Program-made: the position numbers and the translations under genes | The notes under the pieces: generated by a model | Told to the model about the DNA's origin: nothing | The model's database searches: none | Seen by the model: only the letters and a program-made list of their open reading frames with translations | DNA from: Perkinsela sp. CCAP 1560/9 | Lineage: Eukaryota; Protista; Euglenozoa: Kinetoplastea | Reading direction: 5' to 3' | Assembly (NCBI GenBank): GCA_965644495.1 | Contig: CBFFSA010000007.1 | Location: 558,001 to 622,000 of the forward strand | Length of the DNA stretch: 64,000 nucleotides | Shown here: positions 11,926-23,321 of the stretch, one piece after another | Layout of the letters: each line of letters starts with the position of its first letter | How positions within the stretch are numbered: the first letter of the stretch is position 1

Positions 11926-12309
11926 TATTGTAAACCCTGGAGTATTTAAATTTGAGGACTCATGAGTAAACAGCGTACACAAACATCAAAAACTTTTTTT
12001 ATCGAACCATTTTTCCCCAAACTTTGTTTTTACGAATATCAGCGTTTTTATAACAATTGTTCAGTATGCAACACACGGATATGTAGCCACCTACTACGCT
12101 CTTTCTCATCGCAAATAAATCTCTAATATTACTAATTCATCACACTTCCTCATCCAAAAAATGTATCCTGTGTGTTTCCTCGAAGTATAGTAGTGTCACC
12201 TTTACCCCTGCTTGTTTCAGTCCACTAGACTCTCCCCCACACCCCCACCATCCACCTCACACCTTCTTCCTCCTCCTTATCTCTCCATCTCTTTCTTTCT
12301 CCTTCCCCC

Positions 12310-13570
12310 ATGTCCACCTACGACCGTGCCCTCACCGTCTTCTCCCCCGATGGCCATCTCTTCCAAGTCGAGTACGCCCGGGAGGCCGTCCACAAAGGAG
12401 CCGCCGCACTCGGTCTCACAACCCCATCCGCCGTAATCCTCGCCGTCGAGGTCCGAACCAACGCTTCAAGCTCGACAACTCCAAGCCCTACAAGTTCTAA
12501 CGCTACAAATTCGAACGCTACAAATTCGAACACTACAACTTCAAGCTCTACAACTTCAAGCTCTACAACTTCAAGCTCTATAACTTCAAGCTCTACAAAT
12601 TCAAGCTCTACAAGTTCGAGCTCTATAACTTCTAGCACTGCAACTTCCCATTCTACAAATTTGAACGCCACAACTTCAAACGCCACAACTTTAAACACTA
12701 CCCCTTCAAACGCTACCCCTTCAAACGCCACAACTTCAAACGCCACCCACTCAACCTCCACAGCTTCCAGCTCCTCAACCCCCCCAACTTCGAAGTTGAA
12801 CGCCTCACCTCTCACAACTTCCCCTTCTTCTTCTTCCCCCTCTTCTTCTTCCCCTTCCTCTTCTTCCCCCTCCTCCCTATCCCTCCGCCTCCCCCGCCCC
12901 CTCCCCCCCAAGATCTCCCGGGTCAACGGCTCCACCTTCCTGGCCTTCGCCGGGCTGCTCGCCGACGCCCGCGCGCTCCTCGACCTCACCCGCCTCGAGG
13001 CCGCGACCTTCACGCTGGAGTACGGCGAGCCCCCGCCGGTGGGGCTGCTGGCACGGCGGGTCGCGGAGACCCAGCAGCGGTACACCCAGCGCGGGGGGAG
13101 ACGCCCGTTCGGGGTGTCGACCCTGATCGCGGGGTGGGGGGAGGGGGAGGGGGAGGGGGGGGACAAGGGGGAAGGGGGGGATGCAACAACAACAGGGGGA
13201 AGAACCACAGGGGGTACAGCTACCCTCACCCCGCGGTTGTTTCGTACGGAACCTGCCGGGGGGGTGGGGGAGTGGCAGGCGTGTGCGATTGGTCACGGGG
13301 AGAAGGCGGTGATGGAGGTGTTGGAGGGGAGGTATCGGGGGGGGGATGACGGAGCGGGAGGGGGTGGAGCTCGCGGTGCGGGCGTTGTTGGAGGTGGTGG
13401 AGAGCTCGAGTGGGCGGAATGTGGAGGTGCTGGTGATGGGAAAACCCGGGGAGGGGGAGGGGAAGGAGGTGGGGCGGTTTTTGGAGGCGGGGGAGTTGCA
13501 GAAGGTGGTGGAGGAGCAGGAGAGGGTGAGGGAGGCGGATAATGCGAAAAAGAAGAGGAGTATGGAGTGA
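12310..13570 (+). CDS. PSMA7: 20S proteasome alpha subunit (PSMA7/PRE6 type) with low-complexity insertions; apparent +1 base in the G9 run 13337-13345
   Basis: YDRALTVFSPDGHLFQVEYA.EAV.KG, AFAGLLADAR, QQRYTQRGGRRPFGVSTLIAG; C-terminal helix LAVRALLEVVES lies in ORF 13346-13570. Confidence 0.92.
12465..12875 (+). repeat. Degenerate 15-bp tandem repeats (TTCAAGCTCTACAAC-like, then TCTTCTTCCCCYTCY) inside the proteasome CDS
   Basis: Encodes SSSTT/SNATT/SSSPS pentapeptide repeats in frame. Confidence 0.9.
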
Positions 13571-13887
13571 GTTCAGTTTTCTGTTGTGCGAGATCAGGCT
13601 CGGGAGAAGAATGACAGGGGGGAGGAAAGGTTGAAGCGTCCTCGGACGTAATCATTTCGTGTTTTATTTTAATTGACAATTTTGTGCAAGTACGTGATGT
13701 AGGCGCATACTCGAAAAACTTTAGCATTGGTAGTTTGCATTGAAAGATTTTCAATTGCTGAGTTATAGAAAACTACAAATCGATTCACAAGCGCTAATCG
13801 GAAGTATATCTTTTATTAAAAGACTTTCAACACTCGCTTCATATGATAAATCATTTCTTAGAAATTTCTTTACTTTTCGATCGTGAG

Positions 13888-14823
13888 ATGGTAGCCAATG
13901 CCGAGAAGGACGCAGCGGCGGCAACACAAGTGGCTCTCTCCCTACGACTCCTCGATTTAAGTTATCCCTACAACCACCGCCCCTACATCGCCCGTCGAGG
14001 TGTCCTCGACACCTTGACACGTTTCCTTGAGCAGGAGAATGTAGAGGTTCGTATAAATGCCGCCAAAACATTACTTCTGCTTAGTGAACACCCGGAGAAC
14101 CCCGAGCTTATGTGTCGTGAGTCTGGACTGCTACAGGCTCTGCGCGTGGCTTACGAGTCCGTGCAAGAGGACGGTGTGAATGCTCCTGTCGGGAATCACG
14201 ACAACGAAATCCAAACAGCCGAAAATAAAACCCCTGAGGTTACCCTTCTACACAGCCTCTCCCAGGTGGTTCAGAACTTGGAAAATGCGCTGGAGGCGAA
14301 ATTCGAATCCGAGGAATCGCCGTATATTGAACCGTGCAGCGCTATGGTCTCAAAAAGGCCCACCGCCCGTGTGTCGCAAAGTCAACTACAAGACACACGA
14401 AAGTTAGTGCTCGACATTCCGTCGCTTATGTCCAGCAGCACAGACACTCTGGCGGATCTGCTTGAGTCCGTCCGGGGGGTCATTTCCTTTACTATGAATT
14501 TGGACTCTCATGAAGTCACGCTGCATTTAACCACTCCGACTCCGACATTGCTACGCTTACTGGAGGATCGGGGTCACTTAGCGGTAGTCCGATCGGACTT
14601 TTTCGTGAATGCCGGTCAAGGTGACACCCGTCGGGAATCTCTTCCTTCCTATTTACCCAGCAGGGGTCACTATGGTAGTAGCGGTAGGGACATGGGGAGT
14701 GTGGTACCGTACGGGGACCACTCTTTGGCGGCGCGAAGAAGACGGCGGCGAAGACGACGGACAAGGGAGGCCGAGGAGCACTCCGGGGGCCTTTTGCAAC
14801 GAATTGCATCTGTGTTTTGGTAA
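13888..14823 (+). CDS. ARMC1-like protein (armadillo repeat plus HMA-like domain)
   Basis: N-terminal ARM repeat, VRGVISFT, LPSYLP, aromatic C-terminus (IASVFW). Confidence 0.7.
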   Translation: MVANAEKDAAAATQVALSLRLLDLSYPYNHRPYIARRGVLDTLTRFLEQENVEVRINAAKTLLLLSEHPENPELMCRESGLLQALRVAYESVQEDGVNAPVGNHDNEIQTAENKTPEVTLLHSLSQVVQNLENALEAKFESEESPYIEPCSAMVSKRPTARVSQSQLQDTRKLVLDIPSLMSSSTDTLADLLESVRGVISFTMNLDSHEVTLHLTTPTPTLLRLLEDRGHLAVVRSDFFVNAGQGDTRRESLPSYLPSRGHYGSSGRDMGSVVPYGDHSLAARRRRRRRRRTREAEEHSGGLLQRIASVFW

Positions 14824-15123
14824 TCAGACACAGCGACTGCGGTCAAAGAGTTAAGTAAAACGGGTATTTAGGCCCACTTTTTAGATAGTTCCTCTACGAT
14901 AGCTTCATTAGATAGTTTATTGTCCATTCCTTTTGTAAGTTACCTTTTTCTTGCAATATACGTAACATAAAGAGGTCAAAAACGTTTTCTCACATTCTTT
15001 TTATTTAAATATTTGACCTCCACACCTCTTCCTTCACCAAACGGTTTAGTCCAAACCATTTACATTTTTATCTCTCCTTTATTTCCTCCCCTAGACCTTT
15101 CTACCTCCTCCTCTCACCCTCCC

Positions 15124-16104
15124 ATGACCCCCCTCCTCCCCTATCTCCCCTCCCGGGACGCTCCCCTCCCTAACGGTCACCCCTACAAACGCCGCAAAGT
15201 TGATTCTTCCTCGACGAGCTCAACCTCTTCTTCGTCTTCTTCGTCTTCTTCGTCTTCTTCTGCTTCCCTCCCCCTCCGCGTCTACTCCCGTCGTGGTCGT
15301 CTCCGTGGCGCCCTCCTGGCCTCCGAGTACCAGCTCGCTCGATTCGTGCAGCGACTCCAAACCTCCCCGGAGATCTGGGAAAAGCGACACGGCGAGCCCT
15401 GCACCTGGCCCGGGGTGAACTGCGACAGCGGACAGAAAGTCATCGCCGTTGATTGGTGCCATCAAACGCTTTCCGGTCCCCTCGCCTGGGGTAATCTCCC
15501 GGAAACTGTCACCGAGCTGCGTTTAGCGAGTAATCGGCTCACCGGGGAGATCCCGTGGGAGGAGCTCCCAAGGGGAATGGTCACGGTGAATCTCCATGAT
15601 AATGAATTCACGGGGCCGGTGAAAACGGAGGAACTTCCCTCAACGTTGTGCTACCTGGTGTTGTACAATAACAGGTTTAGTGGGGAGTTTGCGCTGGCCT
15701 CTCTCCCCGCAGGGGTGGTTACGCTGAGTGTAGGACATAATGAGTTTCGCGGGGAGGTGGTGTTGGGAGCGCTTCCTCCCGCTTTGCAACATTTACGGCT
15801 GCATGACAACATGTTTAGCTCGGAAATCGATCTGTCGACGTTGCCTGACGCGCTTCGTACCCTGACACTGGACCATAATTTATTATGGGGTACACCGCAA
15901 ATCGGAACTTTTCCACGACGCCTTTCCCGGGTGGAGTTGCAACATAACCAATTCAGTGGAGATCTGAAGCTTCCAAACCTTTCTCCTGAGCTACGCCTGG
16001 ATTTGTCTTTTAACTGCTTCGGGAATATCACGCCTACCCGAAACTCCTCGAATGTAATCGTGGGCAACCAAGAGAAGACGAGGAGTAAGATGGACTGTGC
16101 ATGA
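15124..16104 (+). CDS. Leucine-rich repeat protein with poly-Ser leader
   Basis: CTWPGVNC cap, LxLxxNxFxGxxxLxxLP repeats. Confidence 0.88.
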   Translation: MTPLLPYLPSRDAPLPNGHPYKRRKVDSSSTSSTSSSSSSSSSSSSASLPLRVYSRRGRLRGALLASEYQLARFVQRLQTSPEIWEKRHGEPCTWPGVNCDSGQKVIAVDWCHQTLSGPLAWGNLPETVTELRLASNRLTGEIPWEELPRGMVTVNLHDNEFTGPVKTEELPSTLCYLVLYNNRFSGEFALASLPAGVVTLSVGHNEFRGEVVLGALPPALQHLRLHDNMFSSEIDLSTLPDALRTLTLDHNLLWGTPQIGTFPRRLSRVELQHNQFSGDLKLPNLSPELRLDLSFNCFGNITPTRNSSNVIVGNQEKTRSKMDCA

Positions 16105-16666
16105 CATCACACAAGTTTACATGGAAGATAGTGTTCACTTTGGTGTTGGTACATTCACTCCCATTTTCTTACAAAGGGAAGTTTGAGTGGGCTTCTTGAA
16201 CAATAATCAATGTTTGATGCAAAACTCTTACCATTTACAGAACACTTTTAAAAGTAAGTAGACCTCACCTATTAAAAGAGCTATCCTCAGCAATATAGCA
16301 GCTATTGTATTACATTCTATTTTCTTGGACCTTAAAGATACGTGCGCGCTAATTTCGTAAATGATGCAGTAGAGCCAAACCACATGTTCAAAATTTTTCT
16401 TCTTATGGACTACCCTTACGTTCTATTAGAAATCCCTCGCATTCCATCTCCAAAGCAGGCAGTTGGCAGATAAGTACCGTACTAGGAAAAAGAGAGCGAA
16501 TGCATGTAAAACATGTACATGTATGTATGTACATGTACATGTATGTATGTTTTAGGTTTACGTTTTCAACAACGTACAGGGTATCTAGCGTTTTCAACAA
16601 CGTACAGGGTATATCGTTTCTTCTTGCTTTATTTACTTTGCTATTCTGCCAATACTTCACTGACCT

Positions 16667-18502
16667 ATGCACACGACTAAAACTTTCTCGTCCTCCGAGG
16701 AACTTGTTGGAAGCGAATTACGTATTCAAGAAGAACACACACTATCAAACGTAAACCCTTGGCAGGCGTGCCGTTCACGTGGAATCAAATGGGAAATCTC
16801 GAAAGCTCACAATTTCATTATATGGGATTCCACTTGCAGTCTTCGTGAAAAAATATGCTGGCATTCTTTTTCAAAACCTGAGAACTCGTGTGACATTGTG
16901 AACTCCAGAACAGCGGTGAAACCTAGGATCCAAGGCGTTGCTTTAACACGTACACGCTACCTTCCAGATTATTTTTTGAGATTAGTGCGTCATGACTTAA
17001 CTTCTCATCCCGCTCACGGGCAACATGGTTTAGTTGCCAAGCGACGCATCCCAGAAGGTACGCTATTAATGCCCTACGCTGGCATTGCGCAGCGTGCGGT
17101 TCGTGAGATCACTTCTCAACGATTTACTATAAATTTAGGATACGAGCACAGTGGTGCAGAAATCGATGCCGAATGGTTAGGAAACATTGCACGATTTGCG
17201 AACGATCCCCGAGGCACTTCTTTAGGTTCCAACGTGATGGCATGCCAACAATTTTCTATTGCCGGTGAACTATTTACTGGAATTGTTAGCACTCGCGTAA
17301 TAAATGAGGGAGAAGAAATTCTTCTCTCTTACGGCAATAAATTTCAGCTTGATCCAATGCCTTTCTTGGCTCCAGGCGGTTATGTCCTAGCGAAAAAGCG
17401 TAAACGACTTCCTTTGCATCTGAGTCTCTGTCTTCCTCGGATGAACGTGCGTTGGATTTGTCCTCACTGTGGAGAAGACTCAACGCCACTCACAAGGAAT
17501 TGTGCATCCTGTGGTGCTCTGTACGTCGAAGGTTGTCGCTTGCGGGCTGAACCCGCTGCAAAGTCATTGAGCACGAATACGACTAGCGTAGATCGCTTTT
17601 GGAGGCATCCTAACACCGTGGAAGGCAATTTTTTTACAAGTCAAACTTCTCTTGTCCGCGAAGAAAATTGCTCGCAGAAAGAGAATTTAGATACTGCAAC
17701 AGTACGCCACTGGATGTCTTATTTGAGTTGGATTTTCGCCAAAAATACTGTCCCAAGCAAAGAGAAAACACAGGAAAAATCAACTTACATAGAAGATTCA
17801 AAACCTGTCAATGGATTTCACTCGCTTGCGGCAACGCCCACATCGACATGGACCCCTGTTCCCTGGCCCATTGATTTCCCGTTTAGTTTTTGGCAGCTTT
17901 GGCATCCTATGGAGCCGATTGATAAAATCATAGCTCTCTCTGCTCCATTTCGTCCTCAGGCAGCGGTACGTGTGCAGGAGATTCTGGGAACGGATTTCAA
18001 CAAAGGTCGCGTTCGTGTACTCACCTCCGAGCACCGTGTGGAGGTAGACACGATGGTTTGCTTTTGTGGAGGCGTCGTCCTCAAAAGCGGAGATTGTCGA
18101 ATTCAAAAGTGTGACATTCCGCTATGGTTTCGTGCAGAGTGTTCGTCGTATACATCGTGGTTGTGTATGATTCCGAACAATGAAACACAGTTCCTTGTCC
18201 TTGCTGAGACTAGAACGTTGGAAAAAGAAAGTCGGGGAACGGTAGACCTGTGGGCCCGCTGCTTTGATAGCAGTAGTGAAGGTCGCACGCCGAGCATCCG
18301 TCCTTCGCAAAAGAAAGTTTCTAATCCTTCGTCGTCCAATCGGGTTGTAAAAAGCGTTTGTTCAGCAGATGCTCATGCAGTAGCCAACGTAAAAGTTGAA
18401 TTTCGAAGAGATAACATAGGGTGTTCATACTTAGGTCTCATAGCAACACGGACTATACATCCGGGCGAAATATTGGTGCTTACCAATGAACCATACAGGT
18501 AG
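16667..18502 (+). CDS. SET-domain protein with RanBP2-like zinc finger
   Basis: GLVAKRRIPEG, IDA..LGNIARFANDP, I.EGEEILLSYG, WICPHC...CASC; second degenerate SET end (IATRTIHPGE). Confidence 0.8.
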   Translation: MHTTKTFSSSEELVGSELRIQEEHTLSNVNPWQACRSRGIKWEISKAHNFIIWDSTCSLREKICWHSFSKPENSCDIVNSRTAVKPRIQGVALTRTRYLPDYFLRLVRHDLTSHPAHGQHGLVAKRRIPEGTLLMPYAGIAQRAVREITSQRFTINLGYEHSGAEIDAEWLGNIARFANDPRGTSLGSNVMACQQFSIAGELFTGIVSTRVINEGEEILLSYGNKFQLDPMPFLAPGGYVLAKKRKRLPLHLSLCLPRMNVRWICPHCGEDSTPLTRNCASCGALYVEGCRLRAEPAAKSLSTNTTSVDRFWRHPNTVEGNFFTSQTSLVREENCSQKENLDTATVRHWMSYLSWIFAKNTVPSKEKTQEKSTYIEDSKPVNGFHSLAATPTSTWTPVPWPIDFPFSFWQLWHPMEPIDKIIALSAPFRPQAAVRVQEILGTDFNKGRVRVLTSEHRVEVDTMVCFCGGVVLKSGDCRIQKCDIPLWFRAECSSYTSWLCMIPNNETQFLVLAETRTLEKESRGTVDLWARCFDSSSEGRTPSIRPSQKKVSNPSSSNRVVKSVCSADAHAVANVKVEFRRDNIGCSYLGLIATRTIHPGEILVLTNEPYR

Positions 18503-18803
18503 TCATTTGAACTGGTGGCTGGACAGCATATCTTGGAGTAGTACCGAAATATTTTTGATGCCCTATTACCCCTCCGACAATACTCATCGTTTCCTCCGTT
18601 CAATATTTGTTTATTTAAAGGTCCTACGAGACCAGTTTCATACATCAAATATTCTTTGAGTGCGTTCATGAATCCATCGTTTTTACCATTCTTCATTTTT
18701 TAGGTTGTACGCTCTCAAGAATGTTTTTTGTTTCCCATAATACTTATCACCATGAAAGTTTCAGCTGCTCAGAATCTCATATTGTAGCTACTATCATACT
18801 ACT

Positions 18804-19889
18804 ATGGATATTGTTCTGACGCATGTGAATGCGAACCATCCTTTGGCAACTTTTTTTGAGTTAGTTGCGCAGGAGAGACTGATGCTCACACTTCTTTCCG
18901 CTTTTAGGCATTTATTTTCAAACTTGGGCGAAGTATCCTCGTTATGGTTACCGCTGGTACCTTATTCGGAGACTATTTTTATTTCCTTGTGGGCTTTAAT
19001 AGAGTATCAGTTCTTGCGACTGTACGATGCGACATTCGCAGAAAACTTTTTCGGATTGCGCAGAGCACTTGTGCTGAAAGAAGGAAGGAAATCTACCTCT
19101 GCCGCCAGTAATCAAGCTCCTCAGCACAAACCTGATGTCCTCGTAGACGAAATTGGACAACGTATACAGGATGATCCCCCCATCGAGATTGAGTTGTCTC
19201 GGGAACCTCTATCCAGAGTCAGGCGTTTTTCTTCGCTTCTTTTTACTGTACTTATTCCCTACCTTCGATCACGTATTGAACACCATGTCCGTATACTTCA
19301 AGAATCAGAGCAAGACACAGAAAGACGTCCATTAAGCTTTCAAGATCGCATACTACTTCGACTTTATCCGTATGTTCATGCTACATGGGAATTTTTCACT
19401 CTACTGGACTACGCACTGTACGTGCTTAACCGTTCTTGCTTTTTTTCGTTCCTCCTGCGTATTCAGCGACTCGCCCTGGTCCGGCTAAAGGCATCGGAGT
19501 ACCGCCTGCACTCAAAGCGACCCTTTGGTGGCAATTTACGTTTCTTACTTATTATCCTCGTGCTAACCTACAAAGCGTTGGATTGGTGGCATCATAGTGA
19601 GCGCGACGAAATCTCCGCGCATGATCAAATGGAAGGGGATAGTAAATCCGGATATCATTCTAAAATACCACCGCCTCCCACGTTGCAACCAACGTGTGAT
19701 TTGGGAAACCCTTCCGCATGTCCAATATGCCGCAAAAAGATTACAAACTCAACACTAAATGTTGCGAGTGGATACGTGTTTTGTTACCCTTGTATCAGAC
19801 AACACGTGGAAGACGAGGGAAAGTGTCCCGTCACTGGGGTTCGAACAATTCCTGAGCAATTGCGCAGACTGTACGAACATGCAGGATGA
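18804..19889 (+). CDS. PEX12: Peroxin 12 (RING)
   Basis: TFFELVAQE.L, ATFAENFFGLRR, LDWW, IPPPP, CPIC...SGYVFCYPCI...CPVT. Confidence 0.93.
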   Translation: MDIVLTHVNANHPLATFFELVAQERLMLTLLSAFRHLFSNLGEVSSLWLPLVPYSETIFISLWALIEYQFLRLYDATFAENFFGLRRALVLKEGRKSTSAASNQAPQHKPDVLVDEIGQRIQDDPPIEIELSREPLSRVRRFSSLLFTVLIPYLRSRIEHHVRILQESEQDTERRPLSFQDRILLRLYPYVHATWEFFTLLDYALYVLNRSCFFSFLLRIQRLALVRLKASEYRLHSKRPFGGNLRFLLIILVLTYKALDWWHHSERDEISAHDQMEGDSKSGYHSKIPPPPTLQPTCDLGNPSACPICRKKITNSTLNVASGYVFCYPCIRQHVEDEGKCPVTGVRTIPEQLRRLYEHAG

Positions 19890-20116
19890 GCTTGCCCTTT
19901 AAGGAAGCGTATCCTAGAAACATCTAATCTTAAACTTTCCTACAGTAAAACCACCTGAACATTGAATACATATACATTTGTATTCAATAAAAATATTTTT
20001 TTATAATCATTTTTGTATAAAATGTAAAAACGGTATTTGCAAACTTTGAGTCAAAGTCTTTGACATCTGTTCTATATGAGTCCTTAGGCTGTATTTCTCA
20101 TTCCCCCATCCCACCC

Positions 20117-21859
20117 ATGGTCTGCCCCACCCCTGCCTCCGCTGCCACGCTACGACAGGGCTTTCACACCCTGATCATTGGAGGCGGCACCGCGGGGTGT
20201 GTGTTAGCCTCTCGTCTGTCTCTTTCCGGAATCTCCACCCTGCTGGTGGAGCGTGGTACCGTGGAGCCCCTCACGTCCTCATGGAAAACACGCATGCCCG
20301 CGGCACGACTGATGCACGCCCTCCCCGAGCTTACGAACCCCTCTCCTCCTTTTTCAACATTTTCAGGAGGCAAGCCTCCATTTATAAAACACAACGTGAT
20401 TTGTGCTACGGATCAAACCGTGCCGCAGCGGGGATTAGGGGGACGTGTGTTACATTCCCATCGTCCTGCAGTTTTAGGAGGACACAGTGCCATTACCTCT
20501 TTATCGTACCACCGAGGCATGCCTCAGGAGTACGACGGATGGGGGATCGACCCCTGGGGTGGGGAAATGTGCGAGGAGGCGTTTGAGGAGCTGGAGAGTC
20601 TTCCCCATCAGTGGTTTCCGGAATCTGCAGGGATTGCACTCCCGGGACTCCCGAAATTGGCGTTATCTCCATGTCAGCCGTTTTCTCCTCTGGCCAGCGG
20701 GTTCATGGAGGGTTTCTGTGAGCTTCAAATGGATTATTTCTCGGAGCTTTCCGCATGTCAAGCGGTGGGTCGTGGTGCGGTCGGGCACGCCCAGCTGCGG
20801 GTAAATCAAAAAAATGGGGAGACAAGTACTAGTGAGTCCTGCTGGCTGCGTCGTGCTTTGTCTGATTTCCAAGGAAGTCGGTCACTTACCCTCACGACAG
20901 GCACTACCGCGGTGAGGCTACACCTCCGCAGTGAGTCCTCCAAGGAGGTAACGACCGTGGAAGTTCTTACCCACCAAAACGAGACCGTTTTAGTACCCTG
21001 TGAGAGAGTAATCATGTGCGCCGGGGCGATCCAAACCCCTCAGCTGCTTCAGCTCAGTGGTATCGGCTCCCCGGAACATCTACAATCTCTCGATATTACA
21101 TGTGAGCTCGCCCACCCACAGGTGGGGGAAAATTTGCATGATCAATTGGAATTACAAATCCCGTTGGTCGTGAAAAACGACTTGAGTCTTAGTCCAATAT
21201 ACAGCCGTCCCGTACAATGGATGGTCTACCTCGAGTGGCTCCTTCGGCGCAAGGGCTGGGGAACGAGCGATTTTTCTAGCACGGTTTGTTTGCTCCGCAC
21301 CGATCAGGAGCGAGAAAAGCAGCAACGAGGCATTCCCTCCTCCGGAATACGTCTGTATCCGTACCCCCGTATCAGGCCTAACACCCAGCACGGATGTACT
21401 CTCTCCCTTGAGTTACTGCGACCGCAAAGTCGTGGATGCGTACAGATTTCTTCCCCTGAGCTTTCTTGCTCAGAGGTAGACTCGCATAGAAGTTCAATCT
21501 TCACATTAGACCCCAAATATCTCAAGAACACTCGCGACATCGATATTATACGGGAAACCCTGGAAGTAGCCCGCAGTTTAGTGGATAGCAACAAATTTCG
21601 TAGTTTTATTGTTCCCCCAGAGGAGGACGTTCCCCATGTTTCGGAGATACGCGATCGCGTGTTGTCACGTTCCCAGATGGGTGGTACGTGTGCATTAGGG
21701 ACTGTGGTTGACGCCTCGCTGCTTGTTAAGGGCACACGTAATTTATACATTTGTGATAGCAGCGTGGTGCCTACACCGATGAGCTGCGGTCTCCTTCCCC
21801 CTGTTCTGATGTTAGCACATCGTCTGTCGAATGACATTTGCGGGTTACCCACTTGGTGA
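20117..21859 (+). CDS. GMC oxidoreductase family (choline dehydrogenase-like)
   Basis: IIGGGTAGCVLASRLS, CAGAIQTPQLLQLSGIG, VGENLHDQ, LRPQSRG, GT.NLYICDSSV.P. Confidence 0.88.
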   Translation: MVCPTPASAATLRQGFHTLIIGGGTAGCVLASRLSLSGISTLLVERGTVEPLTSSWKTRMPAARLMHALPELTNPSPPFSTFSGGKPPFIKHNVICATDQTVPQRGLGGRVLHSHRPAVLGGHSAITSLSYHRGMPQEYDGWGIDPWGGEMCEEAFEELESLPHQWFPESAGIALPGLPKLALSPCQPFSPLASGFMEGFCELQMDYFSELSACQAVGRGAVGHAQLRVNQKNGETSTSESCWLRRALSDFQGSRSLTLTTGTTAVRLHLRSESSKEVTTVEVLTHQNETVLVPCERVIMCAGAIQTPQLLQLSGIGSPEHLQSLDITCELAHPQVGENLHDQLELQIPLVVKNDLSLSPIYSRPVQWMVYLEWLLRRKGWGTSDFSSTVCLLRTDQEREKQQRGIPSSGIRLYPYPRIRPNTQHGCTLSLELLRPQSRGCVQISSPELSCSEVDSHRSSIFTLDPKYLKNTRDIDIIRETLEVARSLVDSNKFRSFIVPPEEDVPHVSEIRDRVLSRSQMGGTCALGTVVDASLLVKGTRNLYICDSSVVPTPMSCGLLPPVLMLAHRLSNDICGLPTW

Positions 21860-22051
21860 CGGGGTTCTGGTTCAATGCCCTTCGTCATAGCTGCTGTACA
21901 TACTTTTAATCATAGTAGGTTTATGTTTCATTTTCAAATAAAACGGTTTTTCTATTTTTCTTTCCTTGAATACGTAAAAATAGATTAAAGAAATAAGCAT
22001 GTTGAAGAAAGAGTTTCGTGCACTTATCAGACCAAATTTCTCTATAATATT

Positions 22052-22654
22052 ATGCACTCCTCAAGTGCCATAGATGTTCCAAGTACGCGCGCAGGTCGGG
22101 TTCGCAATGCCCTGCTACCGCCCGAGCACGATTTACAGCAAGTTATTGCGTATCTCCCTAAGCGCATGAAGTCGTGGACCGTCGAAAATCGCGCGAGTCA
22201 GTGGACCGGCATCAAATGTGACGAGCAAGGACGTGTGATTGGCATTAACTGGGCGCAAGGCAAACTGCCTGGCCACATTAGTGGAAGACTATGTCTTGAT
22301 TTTCTCCCCCGGTCAGTACGACAATTAGAATTATCGATGAATCACCAAGTGGAAGAATTTTACTCAGGCGTTTTTGATTTTACCAAGCTCCCACCACCTT
22401 TGGAAACAATGGATCTGTACTACAACGAATTCACGGGGGAGGTAGATCTTACATCTCTTCCGGAGGGACTTACCTATCTAAATCTTTGCAACAACCTCTT
22501 CGGAGGGGAGGTTCATCTTGACAAACTTCCTTCTAGTCTTTCTTATCTAGATCTAGGGGCGAATCGTTTGCACGGAAGTATTGAGCGAAAGCAAATACCA
22601 CCTCAGCTAAATTTACTTTTATTTGAGACGCAAATACGCGTTATCAATTCATAG
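22052..22654 (+). CDS. Leucine-rich repeat protein
   Basis: WTGIKC cap, NEFTGEVDLTSLP repeats. Confidence 0.88.
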   Translation: MHSSSAIDVPSTRAGRVRNALLPPEHDLQQVIAYLPKRMKSWTVENRASQWTGIKCDEQGRVIGINWAQGKLPGHISGRLCLDFLPRSVRQLELSMNHQVEEFYSGVFDFTKLPPPLETMDLYYNEFTGEVDLTSLPEGLTYLNLCNNLFGGEVHLDKLPSSLSYLDLGANRLHGSIERKQIPPQLNLLLFETQIRVINS

Positions 22655-22947
22655 TTCCGAATCATTAGTGTTTGTTTTCACCGAACCAAGAGTGCATAAA
22701 CCTGGTTGCTCTGCTGTTGATCGGAAAAGAACTTTTAAACAGAAGAGTGTGCAAACCTATACCGGGACACCATCCTAACAAATTTCTTAACTTCTTGAGA
22801 AAGTACCGAAAGGGCACAATACGTGTATTAAAGGCACGTTATAGCTTCCCTCATTTTATTAAAAAGTTAGTTGGATTTTTGATGATGAACACTACTTGTA
22901 GCTTCTAAAACAATAATGTATATTATACAAGGTAAGTATTTTTAATA

Positions 22948-23321
22948 CAGGGGGGATCAGCTAATGCTGGGGGGGGTCTAAAATTTGCAAACTTTGGCCA
23001 ATTTTGGAAAATAATAGCACATTCGAGAGCTCTCACACAGCCCTCCTGTGGAGGATATATCGCTTACCGTGCTTTTGCACACGACGCATTTTAGAGTCAA
23101 AATACGTTTTTTCGACTTGCATTTTTTCGATTTTTTCGATTGTTTTTGAGATTTCTCCTGTTTTCATCATCCATGCCTCAAAGACGAGTATCTTCACGTT
23201 CACTTGGAACGACATATCCACCACAGGAGGGCTGTGTGAGAGCTCTCGAATGCGCTATTATTTTCCAAAATTGGACAAGGTTTACAAATTTTAGACCCCC
23301 AGCATTAGCTGATCCCCCCTG
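22948..23321. mobile_element. Tc1/mariner-type MITE with ~110-bp TIRs
   Basis: TA-CAGGGGGGATCAGCTAATGCTGG...GAGCTCTCACACAGCCCTCCTGTGG mirrored at about 23215-23321, followed by TA. Confidence 0.92.

Noticed and set aside
13337-13345. Programmed frameshift in PSMA7 (and in the LRR near 3495)
   Set aside because: Both shifts are in homopolymer runs, so sequencing error is the simpler explanation.
8777-13754. Long overlapping Pro/His- or Gly-rich ORFs in other frames and strands (e.g. 8901-9938, 9337-10236, 12318-13229)
   Set aside because: Shadow frames caused by stop-codon depletion in the C/G-skewed islands; the conserved protein is in the main frame.
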